Source: Gordius albopunctatus (taxonomy: Eukaryota). Taken from it: a DNA stretch of 64,000 bases. The DNA is taken from the NCBI GenBank assembly GCA_964276515.1, contig OZ193909.1, forward strand, positions 19,406,001 through 19,470,000. Direction: 5' to 3'. The translations under genes and the position numbers were made by a program. Under the pieces are notes generated by a model. The model ran no database searches, was not told where the DNA came from, and saw only the letters and a program-made list of their open reading frames with translations. Below are positions 12,877 to 25,627 of this stretch, one piece after another (the stretch's first letter is position 1; the number at the start of each line of letters is the position of its first letter).

Positions 12877-14173
12877 TTAAAAAAAGTAAAGTTTTTAAAG
12901 AAATTTTATGTGGCAATTTCAATATATGTCATGCTTTAAATACTTACCTAATAAATGTATTCACACCTAATTAGATATGTAGACATTGGGTTATTTATAT
13001 CACAAACTTCGCCAAACTTATAAAAAAAATGGCTCCTAGATTTTACAGAATCCAAGCAGGTTAGGATTAATGCAGAATTATCATAGAAAATCTCGAAAAT
13101 TACAACCGGACTCCTTTGTTCCCTTGCTTAAAACCAACTGGTCTTGAAAAGTCGAAAACAATATTACGTCACATTTTGAAGAAGTTATAGTGTAACGCAT
13201 GAACGAGTTTGGCTCAAGCAAATGTATGTGTTAAAACGTCAAAGGGGTAATAGTCCAGCTAATGACCAATAAATATAGCGTGATACCCCAAGGTGTGAAG
13301 AATAAAAGAATTACTAAGTCAAAATAATATGCAATTTAATCATATGATGGAGAGTTTTTGCGTGGAGATAAATACGGGTGGTAAAAGAGCTGGTGATTAG
13401 TGTGTTTATTGATTGCATTATTTTTCAGTTATGTGTATTCAACTTGGAAAGCTAATCAAATACGTTTTTCCAATATATTTTTGTGTTACTATTAAATAAC
13501 TATCGTTTTCCCCTCGTATATATCACGAAAACCAAATCCAATCTTTTAATTAAACAAAAAAATATTTTTTATACTAGAAAACCGTCACCTATATCCGCCC
13601 AAGTTATCAATGAAGAATTTAATATGACGGTTTTTATATACGGGAAAGTTTTAAAAATTACATTACAACAACGGCGGTCTGGTCGCCACTAAAGTCCAGT
13701 AACGCTTGCATCACGAGTTTTGAAAAGGAAGGCATATATATTCGGCTATTTAATACTAAAATAGCGATAATCTCTTTGGTAATATCAGAATAAGTAACCT
13801 CGCATTTCACTTTGTTAATATATACATTATTTACACTTTTTTATTATATGGTTGCATAATAAGTTTGAGTATAACAGGATATATTTAAAAGAGATCATAG
13901 ACTCATAAAAAAAATTTATTGCACTTAACCTTTATAGAAGGCCAGGATTGCAAATTAAGATGGGTTAGTAGAAAATGAGAATTTAAATTCAACACTCAAA
14001 TCATAGTTGTGAATACCAACATAACCATATACAGACATCTTTAACCGCAACATAAACTGCTAACCCTATATTTAAAAAATGGTTTGCTTTTAATTTCTCT
14101 GCCCTATAATAGAAATATTTCTACGAAATAACTTATTAAGCCGTTATTGTTTCATATTTATAGAAATCGACTA

Positions 14174-14320
14174 AGTGCATGGAGCGTGGTCCTCGTCTTT
14201 GAAACAGGAGCTCGCGGTTCAAATCTGGTTCACGGCAAATATAGCACATTGTTAACACGCCTGCCAGGCCTGGATAATGGAGCTTAGCCCCTTATCCAAT
14301 CTCCAAAGAAGCTGACCACA
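14174..14320 (+). mobile_element. tRNA-derived SINE, degenerate copy
   Basis: B-box-like ggttcaaatc at 14216. The body caggcctggata...ccccttatccaa...aaagaagctgaccac is shared with the copy at 44891-45091. Confidence 0.7.
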
Positions 14321-14639
14321 TAGAGAATTTATTTCTTTTTATAAATCGCCTAACATAATTGGCCTTTCATTCCTTAAAACCACGTCCTTTCCTAGCATTT
14401 ACTATTGTCAACAATTTTTCTTCCTCGTCTTATCTCCGGTATCCCCTTAATATTTCCTGCCTTTATTTCCACCTGGGCTATAAAACGTGTTAAGATTTAT
14501 TAGTCTAAAGATATTTGTGTTTCGGGGAAAGTTTAATATAAATAGGTTAATTGATTAAGAAGGATTTAACTATAAACAGAATAACGGAGGCTTCTATTTT
14601 ATTGGTCTGTCTCCTTCAGAGAAGTCAATCACTTTGTGG

Positions 14640-15130
14640 GCAGATGTGATCGAGAAAATGCTTTAAAAGGAGTTCTACTAGTAAAGATAATCCTTGTCCT
14701 ACTGTAAATGATTTTGATTTTATATGAATTCCGTGTCGAAGTAAAAGTTTTTATTAAATACATGAAGTTAATTTTGTTAATAATATATGCTAAAGAGGAA
14801 AGAGTAGCAGTTGTTATTTAGCCAATTCACGGTCTATAAAAGAGAATCCATAAATCCTACATTGCTCCTTGCCTATAAAACTCTCATTTGATTCCCGACT
14901 AGGGAACCTCAATCTTTTTTCAGTATAAAACTTATATTTACCCCAACTAATTTCTCCAATCTCCCCGACAAAGATCTCACTTTTGCGAAGATTGACTTCA
15001 ACTCTTCTAATAAAGCATGACGCCCCCCCCCCGCATACACTTACCATTAACTATTATATCCGGACTGAAACTCTATATAATCTGCTCCATGATTATAGTT
15101 TTAATTAATAAATTGTGCAATATCGATAAA
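14640..15130 (-). mobile_element. Possible decayed APE-endonuclease LINE fragment
   Basis: Broken motifs SPDII, RGGGVMLY and an SDH-like motif on the minus strand; many disruptions. Confidence 0.4.
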
Positions 15131-15534
15131 CGCCTTCCAACAACCTTGAGATTTAGAAACGGCCCCACAAATTATTAAACCCCATGCCAGGAATTAGCTT
15201 TTGACCCCCGGATTGTAGTTATTAATTTCCAATCCTTTGTATTTAAAATACCCACCCCCTAGGAAACGGCCGTATCGTGCCACCCCTGGCAGTACCATTA
15301 GTTAGGTTCGCAAAACCGAGTTATCACTTATTGATCTACGGTCACCGTTTTGCTATGGGATTTTGTCCTAGGCTTAGCAAGGGAGGCGTAGAGAAAGACT
15401 CTCGCCCCCTTCTCCTAAATAATTATCAAACATCTTGCCTGCCCTCCGTGTATTTGAATCCTAGGTACGCCTAAGGACTTTGTTACGATATGTATTTTAA
15501 GTTTAATGTAAACCTTAGCACTCAGTGAAAGATA

Positions 15535-15730
15535 AGATAAGAATTTGGTTCCACAGGGGGTTTGTTTTGATGAGTTTCTTTCATCTTGGTCGTGTAAATG
15601 CCATGTTTAATTTAATCCTTTTAGTTTTCATAACTCTGGCGACTTGCCCTTTCCATGTGACATGAGGCATATCCTCTTCCTCTCTTTACTGTACATCCAT
15701 GCCCAGTACTTTTTGATACACCCACATATA
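15535..15730 (-). mobile_element. RTE LINE 3'-end fragment
   Basis: The reverse complement aligns by eye with 1790-1975 (aaagtactgg.catggatgtac...aagatg.aagaaact.atcaaaacaaacccc). Confidence 0.75.
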
Positions 15731-16680
15731 TTTCCTTAAAAGTAAAAGTTTGATATTATTATCAAAGTTACTTTGTTATTATAATAATAAATATTTATGC
15801 CTATAATAAATTTAACAATATGCTTCAAAATTAAGAATTTGTATGCGTTTACTAACAAAATCATATTAAACAATAATAGTACATTCTATAACAAAAAAGC
15901 ATTTATTAAAAAGAAAAATTTAAAATCAGGCGTAGTCTGTAGTGGTGGTTGAGCTTGTGTACTCTCGTGATCCAGGAAGCTATACCTTTGGTAGCCAAAC
16001 ACAATTTTTATGTTTGTTACTGATGCGGTCACCTTATTTACAAGGTTCTTGGTGAAGAGCCAGACTAAAATTTCTGGGCTTTTTGAAGGAGTACTAGTGA
16101 AATGGAAGTGCTAGATTAAGCCTATCGATACGAGTGGTCTAAAGAAAAGTTTAATTCACCAAAATGACTGTATCATAAAGAATAGTAGGTAGTCAAGCGC
16201 CGAAATCTAACATAGTTACGTCAGGTTTGGAAGGCCGAGATATCAATACTCCCTCATTCCATATAAACCAAAATGTATAAAACACTAGTTCATATCTAAG
16301 ATGAACTTTAACAGCTCTAGTTTTAATAAAAAATCTTTGGCCTGTTTATGCGACTATGAAACATCGACTGAAAACCTTTGGTCTGTTTATGTTAAGTTGA
16401 CTAAAACCGAACGTCGACCGAACTAAACCGAGCCGTTAAACAACACCAGTATTATTAGCATGAAGAAATGTAGTAGCTCCTATCCTACAAAACAAAATCC
16501 AACAGGACATAGGATCTTTGTATGCTTGTATTTGCATAGAAACCAATGAAATTAGAAATGGAGGGGTATTCAAAGTGTAAAGCCGTACTTAAATATGTAG
16601 TTTGATGCCGTACTGTCAAAACTTTTAAATGTTCAACACATTGCATTGTCATAACAGTTTGCCACACATATACTTAGTGA

Positions 16681-16834
16681 GGTGGCCCGTCAACTTGCCG
16701 AAAACAATCTCGCAGAATTCACCTGAGACATTTTGTGATTGGTTGAATGGGGGACGATATTAAATTAGGGGACCTTTTTCCCCCGGGGGACATTGAATTC
16801 GGCGAGATGGTTTTCGACAAGTTGATAGAGCACC
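16681..16834. mobile_element. Mutator-type MITE
   Basis: ~40-bp imperfect TIRs (ggtggcccgtcaacttgccgaaaacaatctcgcagaattca / tgaattcggcgagatggttttcgacaagttgatagagcacc). Perfect 9-bp TSD acttagtga at 16672-16680 and 16835-16843. Confidence 0.85.
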
Positions 16835-17509
16835 ACTTAGTGAGACTAAAGAGACTGCTCATTGAGCGTGCATACAGATAAAAAATTTGAAGCCAAAAAT
16901 CCGCCATCGTGAAATAAGTAAAAAGGATGCACTAATCGAGGAAAATGAAATAGGAATATTCTTTAAACAAGTATTTTATATTTTGATGCTGGCTATGATA
17001 TTATTTGTCCAATATATGAATAAACTTGATTTTTAGCCAAATATATTCCTCTTTCTTTTTTGTATTTAATTCTAGCTTATCTATTAATAAAATATATTTT
17101 TTTAATATATTCATTATATGTCCTCAAGCTTAAATTAAACTATATTTTTAGCCAAATATATTTGTCTTTCTCTTTTGTGTATATTATTATGATTTTTTTA
17201 TGTTAATTTACCTTATTTTATTAATTATGTGATTTTTCAAATAAAATATTTGCAAACTTGTATTATAATATAAAACTAAATATAGATGGCGCTTTAAATA
17301 TAATAGTTTGTCAAATGAATTTAATGTTTTTTTTCTTAATATTCAAATAATTTTTATAACATAAGCTAAAATATTTGATCGTTTATGCAAAGCACATTTA
17401 TATGATAAATTGAAATTATATAAAAATTATGATAAAAATTTAAAATAAAAAGAGAGTATATATAGAATACCATTATAAGGTGTAGGGAAGTTTCAACTTT
17501 ATTAATATA

Positions 17510-19900
17510 CTAGCTGACCCGGCAAACATTGTTTTGCCATATTAAAAATATTTTTAAAAAGTAAAAAATTTAAATAAGAAAATTTAAAACTACCAAAAAA
17601 AAGTTAAAAACTCAACTAATAAAACTGGCAACAAAATTAATGAGCTGCCATCATTATCAAATGACTATAAAAGCATGTAATTTATTTCGGGACACTACCT
17701 TGCATAAATGTAATAACAATGAACATTATAAGAACGTATTATATAAAAAGATACAAATGTCACACGTATGGGGGCGATGTGGGATCCATTTTTCGGGCCA
17801 AGCGTTGCTTTGGCTTAGTCCCTAATTAGCTAAATAACAATGTAGAAAAAATTTTTGAGTAAGGCGTTTATAGTACGATGATGGTAGAATAATAGAGTTA
17901 CCAATTTAGGCTGTGTCGGTGTTGTTCGCAATAGCATATCGTAAGTTAGCTGTACCCGGCTCTAATTAGCTAAATAACAATGTAGAAAAAATTTTAGAGT
18001 AAGGCATTTATAGTACGATGATGGTAGAATAATAGAGTTACCAATTTAGGCTGTGTCGGTGTTGTTCGCAATAGCATATCGTAAGTTAGCTGTACCCGGC
18101 TCTAATTAGCTAAATAACAATGTAGAAAAAATTTTAGAGTAAGGCATTTATAGTACGATGATGGTAGAATAATGCCGTACGGTCCCCAACCATGATTCCG
18201 GCAACGTCGTCAACTACAGGTGCATTGAATCTACGAATGTGCTCTCCAACTAGTGTTTTATCAGGATCGATGACAATAGCGTAATTTTGTAAATATTTAT
18301 AAGAATCGTTTGGCATTGGCAGCAATGAACCCCCTTTGTGAAAAACCTGACCTTTTATTTTAAAGGTTGAATTAAATTGTCGACCTTTTGCAGGATTATT
18401 TTGAACTATTTCTGTTGCTCCGAATGATGTCATTTGGAAGCATGAATTGAATGTCCGAATTGACTTCAGGAATAGGTTAGAATCAGGATCTGTACCGATA
18501 AGTAAACCGTGCAATGGTTCAGGTGGTGTTTCAATCTCCGTTAGGCGAACTTTTCCTGATGCGCAACACATCCCGGCCGACTCATTTTTATATTTAAGTG
18601 CAATACAATGAGGACATACCTTGTCCATAGTACCAATGACCACTTTGGAATGGGCGTAATATTTAACATCAGGCTCATACTGGAATGCTAGTCGAGGGAA
18701 TGAAGCCGATTTAAATGCTCGATGTACTTGTAGACGTTGTAGGCCATTTTCTCTATGTGTGTTACTTACAAATCGGCGGGCTTGTTTTTTTAATCGTCTT
18801 TGTTGATTTCGTTCATATTGTGCCTCTTGCGATTGTTATTCATGTATTTGTGCCATCCTCACACGCTTATCTGCATTGTTTTGTAGGATTTGTTCGGCTG
18901 TTTTTTGAGATCTTATTTTTTTCATTAATGTATTCTTTTTTGTGTGACGACCTAAATTGTTCCTTTTGCGTTTAGCTGGCATTGTTACCTATAAATAGGG
19001 TATGTTGAAAAAAAATCTCTTTTAAATCATGCAAACAATGAACTGAGTGCTTATATATGCGATTGTTTTTTAATTTTTTTTACTAATTGAGAATTAATGT
19101 TTGATTAGTGGATAATAATTGCAAGTTTAATCGTTATTTTCACAATCATCCCAGAATAAATATATTTTTTGACCCAAATAATTGCACAAATACTATAAAT
19201 CAATCTCATTTGATTTTGCTATATATGACTTATGTGTAGCTTAAGTATTAATAGATATGTGAATATTTTAACCATTGAGGGAATCATTAAATAACATCCT
19301 AATTAGATTCTTAACAAAAATTTAAAACAACAAAATTGCGATTTAAAAAAAATATTAATATTAGTAGTGAATTACAAAACATATGCAGAGTGTATACCCA
19401 ATAAAAAAAATATCTGTTTTATCTTTAAATTTCTATGTTTTATGTTTAGATATAGTTTATATATTTGTTTTGTTTAATTTTATAGATCCTATCATTTGTT
19501 GGAAATAAATTGTCTGCCTGTTCTACAAATGTATATAATTTTATGTTTTATATTTAATTTTACTTAATATTTCTCTGTTTTTGTTTCAATTTAGTCTTTA
19601 AATTTGTATGTTTTCTGTTTCAATTCACTAAAAAAATATCTGTTTGCGGAAGAATACATTCACAACACAATAGATACGCAGTATACGTCATGATGTGGCG
19701 TTTGAGTGACATTTTAGTAAACGTCAAAACGTATAAAACTAAATAACATGACCGTCTTGTGACTTATAAATTTGGAATATAGTAAAAGACATAGGCTCAG
19801 ACCTACCAATCATTCGTAGAAATTTCCATCTAAATCGGTCCAGCCGTTTCGGAGGAGTTTAACCACCCACACCGTTTCACGAGAATTTTATATATATAGA
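17510..19900 (-). mobile_element. Internally deleted Helitron
   Basis: Minus strand starts A|TC at 19900 and ends with hairpin ggcaaaacaatgtttgcc then CTAG|T at 17510. ORF 18134-18643 encodes the Helitron Rep N-terminal region (MDKVCPHC.ALKY..E..GMCC.SGKV.L; F...IR.FNSCFQMTSFGA; FKIKGQVFH; H.RRFNAP). No helicase remains. Confidence 0.9.
17822..18173. repeat. Tandem repeat, 140-bp unit, ~2.5 copies, inside the Helitron
   Basis: ctaattagctaaataacaatg recurs at 17822, 17962 and 18102 with near-identical units. Confidence 0.95.
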
Positions 19901-19949
19901 TAACCAAAGAGAATTTTCTTTATCGCTAAGAATTAGCTTAGAGGACAAA

Positions 19950-20685
19950 CTTTTGTGCTCAGTATTTAATAATTTTTGCTCAGTATAATAATCAATTGCT
20001 CAGTGAAATAATTAAATGCTCAGTAAAATATTCATATGCTAAGTAAATAATTTAATGTTCAGTAATTTAATTATTTGGTCAGTAATTAATTCATTTTTTC
20101 AGTTATTATTTCTATGCTGCTAAGTAAATTTTTTCTTGGTAACTGAAATTTAATTTTAGCTCGTTCTCACGTGGGGGAGGGCGTGATTTGCCTCCCTCCT
20201 TATTCTTTTGACCTCTCTCTCACCAGGGGGGAAGGGGGGAGTGATTTGCCCCCCCCCCCTTTTTACCCCCTTTTTCAGAAGAGAGGGGGCAGCAATCACC
20301 CGCCCCCTGGTTCAGAAAGAGGATAAAGGGGGGGGGGGGGAATTACTCCCCTTCCCCCGGTTTAGAAAGAGGGTAAAAAATAAGGGGGGGGGGGACCTAC
20401 GGGACAAAAAAAGGGAGGGGGGCAAAGTTCTTAATTGATTTAAAAAAATTGTATACCAATTAAAATATTATTTATAAAATATAAGCGCAAAATAAATTAA
20501 TATCACAAATTATAAATTTATATTACTGAGCATTTTAGCAAAAATACTGAGCATTTTTTAATTTAAAGCTGAGCATTTTAAAGTTAATTTACTCAGAAAT
20601 TTTGAATTTTTAACTGAGCGCTTCAATAAAATACTGAGCACATTTTACTGAGCGATTCTTAATTTATTACTGAGCATTTAAAAAA
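19950..20685. mobile_element. Foldback-like non-autonomous element with inverted arrays of a TGCTCAG motif
   Basis: tgctcagta repeats at 19956-20110 and inverted tactgagca repeats at 20524-20678, around a G/C-run-rich quasi-palindromic core (20175-20425). A related half-array lies at 39222-39400. Confidence 0.6.
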
Positions 20686-23600
20686 CATCCATTAGTTTAT
20701 ATACCAATTATAATGGGTGTGAATAGAGTAATGAGGGGTGTGAATAAAGTGATATCCAAATCATAAAGGTACCAAAATTCTAATTAAGTAATACTATAAA
20801 CGTTAAAATAGTTTGTTTGCTTATATTCTTTCAACATGGCGCTAAAAACTGGCATCATTTTTTAAAGGGAATGAGCAGTCTATTTAGTCTATGGTTTTTC
20901 CATAAGATTTAACAGTATGAAAGGGTTAAAAAAAATGAAAAAATTGTGAACTTTTAAATAAACTATTTTAGGAACGATAGATCCGAAGGAGAAACAACTT
21001 TGTATCGAATTCAATTTAAAAAATTTAATATCGATAAATAATTTTTAAGTAAAAATCATTTAAATAGGTGTAACTTAAAAGCAACGTCTGACAAGATGTA
21101 TTTTAAGGAGAATAAAACTAACAAAATATACAGTACAGCAGGCTTTAATCACCTTTTCAAACGTTTCTAGGATTGCCAGCGATGGGTAGAAGTAGATTTA
21201 AAACCGATTTTGCATTTGATGGTTTTATATTATAATAAATTCGAACAACATTAAATGATTTAGATAAAAACAGAGAATCCGAAATTCTTGCTTCTAAATC
21301 TTTACATTTTTACGGTCTAAGTTTATTTTAGGGGTTTAACATAAAATATCATCTTTAATCATTCACATGTTAACCACGATTGAATAGAAAAATTGACAAA
21401 AGTCAAATTTTAGTTATTGAAGATCACGTTTATATATAACAACGAATTGAAGATATTGCCAACGCTTGTTCAGTTGAAGATAAATATATAATATTCGTTT
21501 TTAATTATATAATTTTATATGCGTATAATTATTCATTAAAAAATTTCAATAAAAATATTATTTTTACATTTAAATTATCATTAAAATTCCGAGCCAGGCC
21601 CTATATTTTATTTTATAAAAATTTGAACACGGACTAGACTTATAATTATTTATGTAAAAATTTTAAAAATAAAATAAATAGTATATCATAATAAAGCTAT
21701 CATTCCATAATATTAGGCGAAAGACTTTATATAGTCTATTTTTCTACTTTCTCTGAACATTCATTAAATATAGCCATTTACGTCATCATAATTATAATCA
21801 TGAAAGTTTAACTTTTAAATTAAAGAGAAATTGTCTTAAAACATAGCTTACATGATTTTTCCACACATTTTTTACCGGTGAGCAAATTAAGCCTAAAACA
21901 CCCGTGGATATGCTTAGTTCAAACAATGGCCCTAATTAGCACAAACAGAAAAATCAGAATGCACCCTTTAACATTCCCGATACTAAATCCATGAAGAATA
22001 TTATTAATGCATTTTTCACCAAATTCCTATTCCTAGATATTGAATTTAAATAATTTAATTACTTTTATTTTTGAAGTCCCCCCCCTCCTTATTTAGATAG
22101 TCCTGCCTCAGCCATTACTTTATATAATCATAACAAATTTTTGGTTAATACTAATATTTATCAAATTTTTTCACCACCCCCCCTCTCTTTATGGAATTCT
22201 GGTTACGCCCCTGATTGTATGTATAATAATATATTAAATTCACAAAACTTAAAAAATTTGACAAATTATTATAAAATATAATTTAATATAGATGGCGCTA
22301 TTTTCTCTATATATGCTACTTTATCACTATCTCGAAATTAATCTATTTTAGATGGCTGAGACGGTTTTTGAATTCCATCGTCAAGTTTAAACGGAAAAAT
22401 AATTTAAAATACAGAATAAAATTATTTATTTATTTAAGCGTCTGCGAGTAATATTTATTTTATTTAATTCTAAAACTACCGCGACAAAAAGATCTGCGAA
22501 ATTTCTCGTTTTAAAAATGGTCACATTTTCCTCTTTTAAATATCCCTACACAAAAAAAAGAAAATTTTTGAATCATGTTCAAAAACTCATAATAACGACA
22601 TCGATAACAAATCAGACATTAAATCTAAAATAAAAATTAGCAAAAAATTTCTGAAAATATGTTAAAACAACATATATATATATAATAATATTTATATCTC
22701 TACATATAAGCAATTCATAAATATTTAATATAACATATTAAACACTAAATTATATAATTAATAATACACGTTAGTTTGTATAGAGTAATAGAAAAGTGTA
22801 TATAATCAAATATATAGAATTAAATGAAATCAATTTTTACCTGTTTAATATAATATATTAAACACTAAATTATATAATTAAAAATACACGTTAGTTTGGT
22901 ATAGAGCAGTGTGTAAATAAGCAATATATAATAAATTTAAGTATTATATAAAGCACAATATTTTACAAATGTATTGTATTGATCCTATAGATTCGTGTTT
23001 ACAAGTTGATTAATGAAATATTTAGAACGTTAGCAAGAAAAAAACTAACGATTTTATTAAATTCCGTGCATCCTTTTGTTTTATCAATAGCTTAAGATTT
23101 ATTTTAAATTTTCTTTAAAAAAATCATGCCTATAATATGCTTATCAAGACGTAAATCAAAAATTAATTTTTGGAGTTGAGTTTAACGATAAGTCTTCTAT
23201 TTCATATAATGCTTGCTTAAGTGCTTAGCAACAAAATGTTTTAATATCTTGTTCTTGTTCAAAAAAAATTATTAAAAAAAGTAAAAATTTTCATTTTTTA
23301 CCAAACTTAATTTCAGGACATATGAATAATATGTTTAGATTTCATAGCATGTCAAACTTTGAACTCAATTATCTCAGTTTGGAGTTTTGTGCGATTTGCC
23401 TGAGATTTTAAAATTTGAAGTGAGAAGTTTAATATTTAAAAAGTATTACTTTTAAAAACCCCAATTAATTTTGGAAATTTGACTTTGTCTATGCTACTAT
23501 ATTACAACCATAGACTAGATAGACTGCTTATCAACGCACAAAATGTGTACCCTTTTTCCGCCATCTTGAGAGGCACATTGTAAAGTGGTTATCTTATAGG

Positions 23601-24384
23601 AATTCGTAATTTTCGCAAATTAAATAATCTTAAAAGGTAAATAAAAAATATTGAATTGGGTAGATATCAAAAACAGCATTTTAAAATAAATATCCTTTAA
23701 AAAATAGATAAAAATTAAAAATGTAAAAAATGCGATTAAAGTTTGTTTAATAATATAGCGCCATCAATTTTAATTGTTATTTTGTACAATATTAATTTAT
23801 TTACGTTTGTTTTAATTTATAAACTAGTGAGGAAGGTAAATTGACTGTTATAGGGCAAAATTACAAGGTTAAAATACACCAATCTTAACAACATATATTG
23901 TAGACTTTTATTTGGTATCGCTATCGTTAATATAATCACTTGTGTCTTGATCATGCAAAATATTAGTAACACTAGGCAAATTAATAATAAGGTAAATTCA
24001 GACTCTGAGGCTGTTGAAGGGCAAGAGGCGGTACAACATTTGTAATAAATATTGTTGGGCCTCTTTTGACTTGTCATATATAGCTATGAGAATTAATACA
24101 AGATTACTACTCCTTTCTGGAATCTAAGATATTCTAGGGATGCTGCTAGGTATATAAATATAATATTTTTTGAATTTTAACACTTCGTTTTTTATAACGT
24201 TCTTACATTCAAATAAACAATATATACATTTAAAAAAATAAATAAGTTTTATATTAGTTAAAAAATACATATTTTCTGAAGAATAATAAAATTAATAAAA
24301 AAGCTAAATAGTATATATATCAAAAAAATACCTCTATGGCTTGTGTCAATTTGATTAATAACATCCAGTGTTTGTGGAGTATTA

Positions 24385-24795
24385 GTAGGGACACGTATTA
24401 AAGGGTGTCTATAGTTGTTAATAGGGACCACACTTTGCTGATCTAAAAAAGGTTTAAAAAATTCAGGACTATAATACTTTCTGACAGGCCCCGCCTAATT
24501 AAGACTCCAGGCAGTATTTGTGGGACACGTATTAAAGGGTGTCTATGGTTGTTAGTAGAGACCACACTTTTCTGATGTAAAATAGAGTACAAAAATTCAG
24601 GATGATAAAACTTTGTGGCTGTCCCTGCCTAAAACTGTAGGCAGTATTCTTGGAGAGTTAATAGGAGCACATATCGATTGACTTCTTTGATTGTTAGCAG
24701 TGCCCACACTTTGCTGATCTAAAAAAGATTACAAAATTCAAGACTACAATACTTTGTGGATGTCCCTGCCCAATTAAGGCTCCAAGCAGCACTTT
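24385..24795. repeat. Diverged tandem repeat, ~135-140 bp unit, 3 copies
   Basis: gggacacgtattaaagggtgtctat at 24388 and 24522; ccacacttt.ctgat.taaaa occurs three times. Confidence 0.85.
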
Positions 24796-25304
24796 ATTAT
24801 ATGCAGAGATAGATGGGTGCCCATTCTGGCCTATATAATATAAATTAGAAAATGAATGAAAATATTGCACTTGTAGACAGCAAAAAATGTTAAAATAGGA
24901 TGCTGTCCAAGTGATAGATGGATTATTTGGTTCCCTTCAAAAAATATGTTTTGTCTCATATCAACAATTATGAATATGATATGGTAAAATTTTTAAATAA
25001 ACGGTAAAATGAACCTTATAATGATTGGTTGTTTACTTAAAATATATGACATATTACATAAATTTCAGTTGCGAAATTGGATATGAATTTGATTCGTTGT
25101 CATTATTATCAACTGTCGTTATTTTGAACAAAAGCGAGTCTTACAAACATGATTCATCATAAATAAGAGTAGAGTAAAATTTACGTGTATAAGTGTATGT
25201 GTGTGTGTGTGTGGGGGAGGGGACAAATATATAAGTTTTTGGATAGGGCACAAAGGTGGTGAGGTGTAAGGGGTTGGAGGATACCACACTTTTAAAAGTT
25301 GTTA

Positions 25305-25627
25305 CAGTCAAAACGGTTTAATTGCAAAGCCCTCAAAAAAATCGCGATTAACCGATATTTCGCGATTAAACGATGGGAAAAAAGTTAAATGTACATTATA
25401 TTAAATATTTATTTCTTACGCTTCGCGATTAAACTATATTTTATATAATTATCTGGTTGGTTTAAGGACTCTAAAATGTTTGTGAGTATCCGATATTGTA
25501 CTATTAAGCGATTCGTCGATAAACGATGTTTTTGCTAATATTATCGTTAAAAAAACAAAATGGCGGTTAACTTCGCGATTAAAAGATTTTTGCGATAATC
25601 CGATTTGCGATTAAGAAGTTTCGACTG
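25305..25627. mobile_element. Tc1/mariner (pogo/Tigger-like) MITE
   Basis: TA|cagtcaaaac ... gtttcgactg|TA termini, with repeated subterminal tcgcgattaa motifs. Confidence 0.7.

Noticed and set aside
17822..18173. CRISPR-like array
   Set aside because: Whole units are repeated with no unique spacers; the context is a eukaryotic Helitron.
20208..20438. Short ORFs in G/C-run repeats (also 1002-1187, 5627-6202, 7041-7376, 53120-53366, 57088-57322)
   Set aside because: They lie in MITE or repeat sequence and are low-complexity translations with no family motifs.
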